A DNA stretch of 58,352 nt, filler included, from Thelocarpon superellum (lineage: Eukaryota), in NCBI GenBank assembly GCA_026025795.1. It is 2 parts of 2 records of this genome, joined end to end, with 100 filler letters (N's around TTAATTAATTAA, not from the genome) between each part and the next. Parts side by side here need not be neighbours in the genome. Positions count along the whole stretch, not along the records: positions 1 to 29,204 come from JAPEUG010000225.1; positions 29,305 to 58,352 come from JAPEUG010000226.1. The stretch is one strand, 5' to 3'. The notes beneath the pieces are model-generated. The model did no database searches. It saw nothing but the letters and a program-made list of their open reading frames with translations, and had not been told where the DNA came from. Numbering within the stretch: position 1 is the first letter of the stretch; every line of letters starts with the position of its first letter. Of the stretch, positions 20,874 to 31,690 are shown one piece after another. A program made the translations under genes and the position numbers.

Positions 20874-23630
20874 CTAGGCCTGCTCCTTTACAGGTGCAGG
20901 AGAAGCTACATGGTCGCCCGTATCCAGCGCACCGACGCCCATATCCCACGCGGCGCGCTCGATCTGGCGATCTAGCCTAGCCTCGGCGTCCGGACGACGA
21001 GCGAGAGAAGTGCGGAGGAGCTGGGCGAGGAGATGAAGGTTCTCGGCTGTGCGAAACGCCTCGTCGCAGTGGTCCAAGTCGATCCCCTGTTGTTCCAGGA
21101 AGGCGATGCGCTGCTCCGTTAGCTGCTCAAGGCGGCGCGACACGTTGCGGACGCCGGTATTGAGGTCGCGGCGGTCGCGGCGTCGGACGCCCTTTCCCTC
21201 CCCTCCCCCTTTGCCACCGCTACCGCCACCACTAGCACCACGACGCCGTTCTTGTCGCGCCAGTTGCAGCACCATGAGTTGCACGGTCTGGTCGTTGGGC
21301 GCCTGGGCAAAGTACGTCTTCAATGCGTACATGGCAACAATGCCCCCGGCCCAGTCACTGGAGCCGTCCGGACTGAAACACCGCATGATCAGATGGTAGA
21401 GGTCTGGGGAGAATTCGCGCTGGACGATCGACTGGGTCGGTGGTGGCGAGTCGAGGAACCATTTCATCATCGTTGCGAACAGGCCCCGGGCCGATGGAAA
21501 CCCCGTCTCCCGTCGCCGCTTGCTTTGCTCTTCGAAGCTGACGGATGCGTGTGCTTTCGGTATGACTAGTTCCGTGGCCCGAGACGGGGAGAGGTCTAGC
21601 TGGTCGGTCGTCTCCGAAGCTAGTGCGGCGTTTGTTTCCTCGGTGGCTTGAAGCGACGTCTTTTCATTCACGCATTTGACACTCTCCCAGAGACACTGAA
21701 AAGTCTCGACATCTGGACGGTCTGCGCCGTACTGCCGAACCCAATCCTTGTAGGATTGCCACACCGCTCGAGGGCCCAGGCTCTTCAGCTCGCTTTGCAG
21801 GACGCAATTCAGGAAGTAGGCGCTCGGTCGGATCTCGGCGAGGCTGATGGATCGATGTAGCCATCGAATTGCGTCATGGTTGGCGCGTGCGAGGTAGTAC
21901 TCGACCAAGATGGCAAACGTCTCGAGGGTGGCAGCGGGCGTGAGTGGGTGAGGAGGTGCTCGCGGCGTGGTCGGGGCTCGAGCGCTCGCGGCACCATCGG
22001 CCGAGGCTTCCTTCCGGTTTCGTGCGCGACGTTGGAACGCCATCGTCTTTCGTCGCTCAATCATCTCCCACCCAATGGCCTCGGCGCGTTCGAACGATTT
22101 GGCGTCTGCTTGCCGGATGAAGGCTGCCATGATGCCATTCAGGTGTCTGCTGTCGGGGCGAATGCCTCGTTGTCGTATTAGATCCACCACCAAGTCGGCA
22201 TATTCGGGCTCGCCGGCGCCCAAGAGCTTCTTGATCCAACTCCCGTAGAAGAATTTGTTCTGGAACGGCCGAGGAAGAACCGCCATCGCTTCCAGATTGA
22301 CGCGATTGGTCTCGGACGGCTCGATGGTTAGATCGCGAATGTCGCCAAGGATAGTTAGGGCTTGACGGTACAACGCCGACGAGTCTTGGTCAGAGGACGG
22401 ATCCTGGGTCAACATCATATCCTTGAAGACCGCCAGAGCCAGGTCGACTTTGCCGGCTTTGAGAAAGCTCTGGCACACGGCATCGTAGTCAGGCATGGCC
22501 ATGTCCGAGCCCATGCCCTCCTTGAGTCTGATGTAGAGAGCCCATGCGTTCTGAAATCCCGACAGACCTCCCATCGTATTCCAGGCGTCGATGACGGGAA
22601 CTAGAATGCGATAGTCCTTGGTCGTCTGCCCGTCGAGCAGGCGCCGTGCCACGTCTTGCGCCTCCTCCAAGTGGCACCGTGCTGCCAACATGCGGACCCC
22701 CAACACCCAGAATTCTTCGGCCATGGCACCATCGCTCAGCGTCGCTTCGTGCCGTCGCCATTCGGATAACGCCTGGTCTTGAGCACCGTCCAAGAACAAG
22801 GCCTCGATGTACTCGAGCTGCTGGGCGCCCGTGAGCTGGTGCCCCCCCGCCTGTAGATCATCTCCCAGGATGGCCAGGTGCGCGACCCGGTCGGGATTGG
22901 ATGGGTGAGCCACGCGTTGAGAGTCCCACAAGGTCTGCCAGGTCTGCTTGGAAATCTGCGCGCGAAAAGTAGGAATGTTCTGCCGACAGCGCAGGTACCA
23001 TCGCCAGAGCTGTTTCCGGTTGTCAGGGTTGTCAGGGTTGTGTCCCTGACGCTCCACTTGCTTCAGGTATCCGGCGAATCGATTCAAGTAGACCCGTTGC
23101 GCGCGTGGTGCGATGCCCTTGACGCTTGCCAGGTCGAGGGCGGTGCCGGACGAAGGCGTTGATCGAGCGTTGGGGGCGCCTCGCCAGGCGGAAGTGGACG
23201 CATCCGGGATTTTTGGTCGGAGTCGACTCGTGACCAGCTGCCGTAGCTCCGTACGTTCCTCATCAGATAGGTTGGCGAGAGGCTCGTTGTCGGTCACGGT
23301 CTGGCCAGCCTGGAGCTGCTGCAGCGTTTCTTCTAGCCGCTCAATGCGCGCCTTGAGCTGCTCTGCCTGGCGGTCATCGGCAATCCCCAGAGACACATCA
23401 AGCTGATCCCCCGCTTTTTTGGGGTGCAGCTCCTCAGGTACAGGAGTTGCGGGCAGGGAGGAGCTGCGTGGCTTCGATGATGGCGTAGCTCGCGGAGTCG
23501 TGGCGGACCACAGTCGACGGGAGGGGGAGGAAGCAGCCTGACGGGTGAATCGACATGATTGACAGATGAAGCCTTGACCCAGGCGAATCCTACATCGTCT
23601 TACGCCTATGGATTGCATGGCACCTCTCAT
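20874..23630 (-). CDS. Mitochondrial pentatricopeptide-repeat (PPR) protein
   Basis: ORF of about 920 aa with an R-rich N-terminus and PPR-like motifs (DYDAVCQSFLKAGKVDLALAVFKDM; GIRPDSRHLNGIMAAF; RPSAYFLNCVL; RPDVETFQCL). Start codon uncertain. Confidence 0.8.
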   Translation of the reverse strand: MRGAMQSIGVRRCRIRLGQGFICQSCRFTRQAASSPSRRLWSATTPRATPSSKPRSSSLPATPVPEELHPKKAGDQLDVSLGIADDRQAEQLKARIERLEETLQQLQAGQTVTDNEPLANLSDEERTELRQLVTSRLRPKIPDASTSAWRGAPNARSTPSSGTALDLASVKGIAPRAQRVYLNRFAGYLKQVERQGHNPDNPDNRKQLWRWYLRCRQNIPTFRAQISKQTWQTLWDSQRVAHPSNPDRVAHLAILGDDLQAGGHQLTGAQQLEYIEALFLDGAQDQALSEWRRHEATLSDGAMAEEFWVLGVRMLAARCHLEEAQDVARRLLDGQTTKDYRILVPVIDAWNTMGGLSGFQNAWALYIRLKEGMGSDMAMPDYDAVCQSFLKAGKVDLALAVFKDMMLTQDPSSDQDSSALYRQALTILGDIRDLTIEPSETNRVNLEAMAVLPRPFQNKFFYGSWIKKLLGAGEPEYADLVVDLIRQRGIRPDSRHLNGIMAAFIRQADAKSFERAEAIGWEMIERRKTMAFQRRARNRKEASADGAASARAPTTPRAPPHPLTPAATLETFAILVEYYLARANHDAIRWLHRSISLAEIRPSAYFLNCVLQSELKSLGPRAVWQSYKDWVRQYGADRPDVETFQCLWESVKCVNEKTSLQATEETNAALASETTDQLDLSPSRATELVIPKAHASVSFEEQSKRRRETGFPSARGLFATMMKWFLDSPPPTQSIVQREFSPDLYHLIMRCFSPDGSSDWAGGIVAMYALKTYFAQAPNDQTVQLMVLQLARQERRRGASGGGSGGKGGGEGKGVRRRDRRDLNTGVRNVSRRLEQLTEQRIAFLEQQGIDLDHCDEAFRTAENLHLLAQLLRTSLARRPDAEARLDRQIERAAWDMGVGALDTGDHVASPAPVKEQA

Positions 23631-23814
23631 CCATCCCACGGGCGTCTAGAGCAAATTTGGCGGCGCTGCGCGGTGGTCAAGCTGATTACCCAAAGCGGCC
23701 CGATGGCAACAATTTCGTCCGACTGATAGGTCGATGACTAATCCATCATCATCTCCTTGGCGACCTCCATCCCCTCCGTGACTACTGTTGGCTACCCAGG
23801 TCGACGTGTGAACG

Positions 23815-26185
23815 ATGTCAGACAAGGAGGGAAACCCCCTTGGTACTGCCCATGGTAACACCAATCCTAGAGACCATCAGGTACCGATCTCGTCCATCGT
23901 TCCGGGACAAATGCTAAGCCATACCAAAGGTCTGTTACGTATTCTCAAGCACTGGTAGAGGGACCTCCAAGCAAAGACCGGCCAAACGGCGCCAGATCAC
24001 CAAGAGCGGAACGCCAAAGCATCAGGTAGCATCGGGCTGGAAGAATATCTTCGTGCCGCTGCTCAATGGCGCCGAAGAGCTTCGCTTTGTGAAGCTACGT
24101 CATGCCACCTACCAGCGGCTGTGGTCCCAGCAGGAGCGGGTGATGGATGACATCGTCCAAAATGTCAATTCCAAGACGGCCAGAGATCTGGCCGCATTTG
24201 TCAAGAAGGCCAAGCCCGAACGATATGAGCAGAGGATTCCCACGGCCCTGCTCGTCGCGGGTCCAGGCATAGCGGCCCATGGCTTGCTCTTCCAGCAACT
24301 GGCCCGGCGTATCCGCACCGATGGGGATGCCGTGGTAGTCCTGCTGCACTCTACAGATGCCACGAATCTCAAAGGGATCCTGAAACACTTGATCCGAGCA
24401 GCTACGAGTCAGCCGCTCGATCCCGACGGCGAGGAGGTGGAGGACTCATCCAAGACCAAACGGCTCAGCTATGACCTCGACATCCTCGCCTGCTTTGTGC
24501 GGGACAAGCGGATCCGGCGAGTGGTAGTGTCGTTCCAGGATAGTGAAGCGTTTGATAGCGCCTTGTTGGCTGATCTGATCAGCCTCCTCCGGTGGGCACG
24601 ATCTCCCTCGATGAAGGCCCAGCTGACGGATCAGGTCATGGTTGGATCGGATCCCGCTCGTGCTGCTCTTTGGCATTGCCACCTCCGTCGAGATCTTCCA
24701 TGAGAAGCTGTCTCGGGCGGCTATCCAATGCATGCACGGGCAAAGATTTGAGGTCAACGGCACCGAGGACGCGATCGAGCGGGTGTTCTCAGCAGGCGTC
24801 GGCCCGCCCAGTCGTCTGCGTCTAGGTCCAGCCTTGACCCGACTGATCCTGGGACGGCAGAAAGACCACAATGACAGTGCAAGCAGCGTCGTCGGTTCGT
24901 TAAAGGTACGTCGCCGGATGGACCATGATAGATGCCTAGCTGACGAGGACAGTACGCGTACATGTCCCACTTCTACGCCAATCCCCTGAGCATCCTGTTG
25001 GTGGAGGACGACGAAGAATTGCTCGACCTTCAGCCTCTACATCTTCAGGCGATCCGGCATCTGCCATCTTTTCAGCAGTAAGCCCCTGACCGGACTCAGC
25101 AAGTCACACCCCGATGCTAATGGAGACGTTGGCAGATGGGTGGAAGACGTGCTTGACCAGGGCGATGGAGAGCGGGTCCAGTTACTACTTACGGACGATG
25201 CACACCTTTTGAAAACGGTGCTCCAATGCCGGAAGGAGCTGCTTGATGCGGCCGCAGGACTCTTGAGTGCTGTGGACTTTCTGCGGGTGCTCTTCGCCTG
25301 CTTCCCCAACAGAACATCGCCGCTATCGTCGGAGCTCTACGCCAAAGCAGTGGCGGGCGAGATGATGCACGACGTAGTGGTGCGCGATCTGTTTCTATCC
25401 ATCAAGAAGATGCCATCAGATGCCCTAGCCAAGCTCCTGGAAACGCTCACAGCGGCGACGACGCCGATAGCAGACGAGATGATTCAGCTGCAGCGCAAAC
25501 TCCACGCGCTTCACAAGAGCCGTCACCGCGACGGCCAGAAAGACCCCTTGCGAAGCGAGCACGACCTTCGCCACAACACCCTGCGGACGACGGTGATCGC
25601 GCAGCGCGTGGAAATCAGTAAGCAGCGATCGGCGCTCTCAGCGGACGACCTGGCCTACTCGAAGATCGTGCACGACACGCACGACCTGCTCTACGGCTAC
25701 CTCACAACGCACCTACAAGCCCCGCACGAGCGCTTCCTGCATGAGATCTTCTTCTACGACCTCAGGTCGCCATATCGGGACGTCTTTGCGCCCAGACTGC
25801 GCCCCGCGATCGAGCGGGCGCTAGCCTCGCCGCAGGACTATCTGAACTGTACGTGTTGCGCTGGCTCGTCCGAGGGCCTCTCGTCCACGCTGCCCCCCAC
25901 CGCGATTCTCTACCAGCTCTATCTGGAGTCGGGCGCGTTCATCAATGTCTACGACATGTGGCGCGCTTTTTACACCATCGTGGCGGGCGAAGACGGGGAC
26001 GACTGCGACGAGACCAGCGCAATGTACGTGTCTATCTTCGTGGCTTCCATCGGAAACTAAAGACTGACTTCGAGAGCAGGGCCTTGTTCTCTCGTGCCCT
26101 GGCCGACCTCCGCCATCTGGGCATGATCAAGCATAGTCGGAAGAAGACGGACCACGTGGCCAAACTGGCGTGGAAGGGACTTTGA
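23815..26185 (+). CDS. ORC3: Origin recognition complex subunit 3 (multi-exon)
   Basis: IPTALL, LSYDLDIL, FQDSEAFD..LLADLI, RIPLVLLFGIATS, YAYMSHFYANPLS, LYQLYLESG..IN.YD, and a C-terminal ADLRHLGMIKHSRKKTDHVAKLAWKGL. First intron is 23881-23929. Confidence 0.93.
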
Positions 26186-26335
26186 CAGATGACGCCCCTG
26201 GATCCGGGCCAGCTTCAGGGCAGGTCCATGATGCGTCTCTTCTTGTCTATAACTCCAGAATCTAAACTGGAGTTCTAGCCAACACGAGAGGGAAGGTCCA
26301 AGACCAAGATAAATCGGATCCCGGATCTCTACCCC

Positions 26336-27829
26336 TCACCACGTCAACCCCACGGTCAAAACCTCGGCCTCGCAGAAGATGGAGAATGCACGCCAGATGG
26401 CGTTGAAAACGGCATCGGAATCGGCGCCCAACTGCTCCCAAGCATTGCCTGGCACGTTGCAGCCCAATTCGGCAAGGCGATTTTCGACGGTGATGCGGCA
26501 GAGATGGAAGTGGTATCGACGTCGCATGATGTGCGTGATCATGTTGACCGTGGCGAAGGAGTACACGCGCAAGACAGCGATGAACTCGTCCTTCGCTTCA
26601 TTCCACCACTCGGCGGCTGGCTCAAGGCCAGAATCGGTGTGGGACCACACGCCGACCATGGTCGGCGACACGAACCAGCGCAGCGTGTCGCAGTCCGAGT
26701 ACTCGGCAAAGCAGACAATCTGCCACGCCTGTCTGACGCAGCAGCGCAGGATGGGGCTGCTACGCTTCAGCTCGGTAGCGGCAACCCACAGGGAATGGTA
26801 ACCCTGGAAGGTCTGCATGATCTCGATCTTGCGCTGGATGTCGAACCGGTCGAGCTTGGGCCGCGTCGGGTCCGGGCGGATGAGCGGCACCCATCGGCCC
26901 CGGCTGAACTTGCGTCGATTCAAAATCTCGGCGATGGTCTGCCACGACGCAGACGTGTTCTGGCTCATGACGGCTAGGAACTGCTCTTCACAGATCGACC
27001 ACGTCCGTGGTGGAACGATGTGGGGCACATCACCGAAGGCGATAGCCCCTTCCGGTCGTAGGGGCTCCAGGTTCTCGTGAAAGGGTACAGCTGCAACGCC
27101 TTAGAATCAGCGCCGTAACCAACTAGAAGGGAAACGACGAGGACGAGCAGGGGTAGTGTAGCTTTAGGGAAGGGGAGACGCACCGCCTCGAAGCCAAGGC
27201 GTGAGCACACCAGCTTCAGGGCCGAGGATGCGCCGAGGCATGTGGGTTTCAAAGCTCCGATCACTGTAGTAGCGCTGGACAGCGACAGAGTGGCCGAGGC
27301 TGGCATCCCCATCCTGCCCTAGATCATGTTCCACTTGGTGGCGGCGCTGCGGCCGCTCCTCTGCCTCGTGCTCGTGCTCGTGCTCGTATTTGTGCTCCTG
27401 CAGATGCCGTTCCTCTTCTTCCTGCATCGCACGCTCACTCCCACACTGGAGCCCAAGGTGACTCTCACGATCACGCTCCGGCTCGAGCTGAAGCCAGAGC
27501 AAGAACAGTCGCTCGCGCTCGCAGGCAGGCTGAAACCTCGGCCCGAGCTCCAGGACAAGCTCCGGGTTACGTTGACGCTCCCGCACGCGCTCCCGCTCCC
27601 GCTCCCGCTCCCGCTCGCGCTCGAGCTCAAGCGCGTGCGCGTGTGCTTGCCCATGCCGGGGCCCGGGCCCGGGCCCGGGCCGAAGCGTACGCTGGGCAGT
27701 AGGCTGACGCTGCTGGGCTAGCTGACGCACGCATTCAAGTCCGAGGCCACGCTGACGCTCGCGCTCGAGCACAACGCTGGGCACCAGCCGAAGTTGGGCT
27801 AGCTGTCGCTCGTATTCGGCTTCGTCCAT
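26336..27829 (-). CDS. Orphan 466-aa protein: low-complexity E/R/H-rich N-terminus and a duplicated Myb/HTH-like C-terminal domain (2 exons)
   Basis: ORFs 27164-27829 and 26336-27028 join in frame through intron 27091-27183 (GTGCGT...GCTGAT..TTGCAG). Confidence 0.65.
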
Positions 27830-28097
27830 TGGGATGGGCGGATCAATTCTGCGGGGGCATCTTTTGCTGCTTGCTGGCTGTCTGGGATCGACTCGATGGT
27901 GCGCGGGGTGCGGTCTGCGGTCCGCTGTTGCGGTGGTATGATGATGGCTTGAGATCTCTCGTGGCTGGCGGTGATCCTCCCAGACAGCAAGAGGAAGGAG
28001 CGAGAGAGGTGATGTTGGATCACGTCACCTAACTCCCTTCCTCTAGCTCGGCACAACCGGATACGTACACGTGGGCGAGCATGAGCGTTCACTGTGT

Positions 28098-29178
28098 TTA
28101 TCGCCGTCGCAGTGCGCGCTCCAGTGCGCGGTCGTCGCGCACAAGGTCGTCCTGCAGGAGACCCATGATCTCCTCAACCTCATCCTCGGCTTCTTCATCC
28201 CACGGGCTGGTGCCCGTGCCCGTGCCCGTGCCCATACCCCGGCCTCCACTACCTTCGCCGCTTTGGATGATGTTCTGACTGCCCAGTGGCAAGATCCCGT
28301 CGCTAAGCACCATAGCTTCGCGTCGTCGCCGCCGTATCATCTGCTCTTCCACGCTCTCTTCCCGTACTCGTCGGGTTCGTTGTGGGCTGCCGATGCCCTC
28401 GCCATCTGTCGCCCGCATGTCCCAACCACCCGGTCTGAGCCTGTCTCCATTGACCGTCGGGTTCGAATCACCGGCCTCGCCGGCCTCGCCGTCCCCGCGT
28501 GCCGAGCCGTTGCATTCGGGCTTTGGTGAGAGAAGGCCCATCATGCGCATCTCCTCTCGTCCGTCTGGGTGTGTTTCAATCAGGCAGATGATCTGCGACA
28601 TCAGGTCGTCGTTGGCCTTCCACAACCGGAGCTGGTTGATCGTGGCCAGCCTTGTGGCAGCACCTACGCCAAAGGGATAACATGCCAACCAATGGCGGAC
28701 GATACCGGCGCGTACGGCGATCGGCACCTTGTAGGGTAGGAGGTACGCGAGGATTTCCATAGCGATACGCTCGTTGGCGGGTCGGCCCAGCGGTCTGGTG
28801 GCACGTCGGGTGTCTTTTAAGGTGTAGATCAGGGCGGTGGTCAGGGCGTGGTAGGTAGGAAAGCTGTTAATCTTGCGCACGGCCGCTATTGGTCCGTGGT
28901 CAGCAAAGGAAGATGGTGGGTGAATCGTTGGAAGACCTACTGCTGTGTGCGAGGTATCTCAGCGCCACCAAGGCACGCGTGCGGGTCTCCACGTGAGGGC
29001 TCTCGGCCTGTGCGCAGATGGCAAAGTAGACTTGTCCGGTAGCGGCTCGTTCACAAATGATACCAATGGCTCTACGAAGGTCAGCGGGGTGGTGGGCAGA
29101 GGGAAGGGCGGACGGACGCATCGCGCGTGCCACCTCGAGGTCCGGCGGCCAGCTGCTCCAACGTCTCGAGCTTCAGGC
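28098..29178 (-). CDS. Conserved-looking fungal hypothetical protein, 5' end lost in the gap
   Basis: Exons 29178-29118, 29071-28941 and 28885-28098 splice in frame (LKLETLEQLA...AIGIICERA...AGIVRHWLACYPFG...REESVEEQMIRRRRREAMVL). The upstream intron runs into the N gap. Confidence 0.75.
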
Positions 29179-29204
29179 CTATCACAGGTCAGCTAGAGCG
29201 GTAC

Positions 29205-29304
29205 NNNNNNNNNNNNNNNNNNNNNNNNNNNNNNNNNNNNNNNNNNNNTTAATTAATTAANNNNNNNNNNNNNNNNNNNNNNNNNNNNNNNNNNNNNNNN
29301 NNNN
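29205..29304. other. Artificial scaffold spacer: N44-TTAATTAATTAA-N44
   Basis: Exactly 100 nt, with a central 12-mer that has stops in all six frames. Confidence 0.97.
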
Positions 29305-30246
29305 TCCAAAGATGCATTCGAGACGGTCCTGCAGCGAAGCCACCCCGTCATCATGTCCGGCCTTGACCTTGGGTCTTGTCGGGAAAAGTGGACCTTGCAA
29401 TACCTCAAGGATTGCATCAATGTCAACCGATTGGTCTGTGGAGAGTTGTCCGATCGCGTTGCGGCAGCTAATTTCCTGCAGGTGGTGATCCATCAGGCGC
29501 AAAGCGACCGAATGAACTTCCTCTCCAAGAACTTTTCATATGTCACTCGACGCTGGCATGACTTTCTCGACCAGGTAGACGAGGGAGAACGGGTATATTT
29601 GAGGTCCCTCTCGGCCGAACAGCCTATACAACGCCCAGCAGATCTTGCTCGTGATTTCCCTGAGATCGCTGGGGAATTTCAGCTGCCGCCTGCACTTTCG
29701 TTTGTCAAGGAACACGCCCACAGCTCACCGCTGCGGATCTCGGGTCCGGTGGCCTTGTGGTTACATTATGATGTGATGGCGAATGTGCTCTGTCAGGTCC
29801 GCGGACAGAAACGGCTCGTGCTCTACGCACCGTCCGAGGTTCGTTCTTTGCAGATTCCCGCAGGTGCCACGTCGTCTCACCTCGATGTCTTCGACGACGC
29901 CACCGGCGCTTATCCACCTCTGAACAATGCTCCTCGGCACGAAGCCAACCTCGAGCCGGGCGACGTGCTCTACATCCCGCCGCTCTGGGCGCACGCGGCG
30001 GCTCCCACGCAAGGCCCCAGCATCGCCGTGAACGTCTTCTTTCGCAACCTATCCGATGGATACGCCGCGGGCCGAGACGTGTATGGTAACCGCGATCTGC
30101 AGGCCTATGAGAAGGGCCGACTCGAGATCGCGAGGCTTGTCCGGTCCTTTGCCCCCTTGCCAGGGGATGTGCGGCGCTTCTATCTAGAGCGGCTATCCGA
30201 CGAGTTGCTATGTCTCGCGCACGAGCCCGCCTCGTCTCCATCATGA
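29305..30246 (+). CDS. PPM2: JmjC/cupin C-terminal part of the fungal wybutosine protein Tyw4/Ppm2 (5' part missing)
   Basis: PVIMSGLDLGSC..KWT, MNFLSKNFSY, YLRSLS, HSSPLRISGPV.LWLHYDVMAN, LYIPPLWAH, YAAGRDVYGNRDL. In-frame 48-nt intron at 29434-29481. Confidence 0.8.
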   Translation, partial: SKDAFETVLQRSHPVIMSGLDLGSCREKWTLQYLKDCINVNRLVCGELSDRVAAANFLQVVIHQAQSDRMNFLSKNFSYVTRRWHDFLDQVDEGERVYLRSLSAEQPIQRPADLARDFPEIAGEFQLPPALSFVKEHAHSSPLRISGPVALWLHYDVMANVLCQVRGQKRLVLYAPSEVRSLQIPAGATSSHLDVFDDATGAYPPLNNAPRHEANLEPGDVLYIPPLWAHAAAPTQGPSIAVNVFFRNLSDGYAAGRDVYGNRDLQAYEKGRLEIARLVRSFAPLPGDVRRFYLERLSDELLCLAHEPASSPS

Positions 30247-31690
30247 TACGCCAAAGTCGCCGGATGCGGCGCGGAAGACGTTCTGCAGACGCCGCTCGAT
30301 GGCGGTCTTAGCTTGATTTAGTATGAACAAAGGGTGGGTGCGGTCGTGAAAGTGGGTCGTCTCGAATGGTTCGAAAATGATTCGACCTGGCGCTTCCAGG
30401 AAGCTCCGCCGCCGGGGCCCTTGCTAGTCTGTGCCCACGAGAAGTAGTTGACAGGGCCGCGTCCTACAAGAGGGTCGCTTCGGCGTGGCAGCGAATGCAA
30501 GCCATTCTGCCGCCGGTTCAATTTGGGGAGACACGGAATCCAGCGGCTGCGGGGTAACGTGTAAGCGACCGGACCATGATCATGAACTCTGAGCCATAGC
30601 GAGTACGGTGACCCTGGCCAGAGGGTTTGAACACGAGGACGCTAGGTCGGCCCCCCATCTCCCACGATGCGCGGTGCATTATTCGCCCCAGTGCCGCCAC
30701 GCCCAGTGCTCGTCACGAAATCTTGAGACCCGTCTCCTACGTGTAACGTTCGTCCCCAGCAGAGGCTTGAAAGTGAAACCATGCTTTGCCCGAGGGTGGG
30801 ATCCTTATCCGAAATGCGCAAAGGTCGACGCCGCTGCGGTCGTCGACGGAGGTAGATGGTAGCGAGACGACACTACTCGCCTGCACGAATCACCGCGGTA
30901 GAGGATGCAAAGGCGCTCAGTAGCGGAGGGCCCAATCCATGCCGACCTTGCAGCGGCCCAATGAGCTTGTCAGTGCAACTCCCGATAGCACACCAGTAGT
31001 CTACCGATCACCACACATCCCTGTCATCCGGCCCTCCACTTCTTGGTGAGTGGGTGGTGACGAGCGATGGTGGTGGGGGGGAGTGTGCACTATCACCACC
31101 TCCACCATCACTGCGAACTGACAACCGATAGCGGGCCAGCGAGGCCATCCCTCCACCGACCACCGCTGCTGGACAGAACATGGCATGTCGGCCTCGTCTG
31201 CGACGTTGTTGCACAAGAACCGATTGAGCGTCGCCCATGTCCGTCTTGTGAGGAGTCACTTCTTGCTTGGGGTCTCAGGTACAGCCGACGCCGCTCCTGG
31301 GGTGCAACTGGCTGCAGTGCAGTTTCCCCGGCCCGGTGGTGCAAGGCACACGCAGTGGTGACAATCCCCTCGCATCCCATTGCCTCGTCGCCATGTTGAC
31401 GACTCCAGCTTCCGATCGAATGCCAGCCCCGTCCCTCGACCTCCCGTCTCATGCTGATGCCCTTCGGCGCCGCGTAACCTCGAAACTTCCAACGTTTGCT
31501 CGATCTGGCTGACCAACGGGACGCGCCTCGACGCTCCGCATTGCCCAGTGGACGCCAGCGGCCGTACCGGGCGCGAGTGTGGCGGGAAAGCTTCTGCTCT
31601 CCTCTCCGTCGCCCAGATCTTTTCTTCTCTACACCCGTAACCTTCCTGCTCAATTGAGCGTCGGGGAAGACTCCGATCGCATCCTTCGTC

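Noticed and set aside
29249..29260. TTAATTAATTAA palindrome as a biological element
   Set aside because: Centred in symmetric N runs; this is a standard six-frame-stop linker.
31053..31109. Hairpin upstream of PPS1
   Set aside because: Formed by complementary GGT/ACC low-complexity runs, with no independent support.
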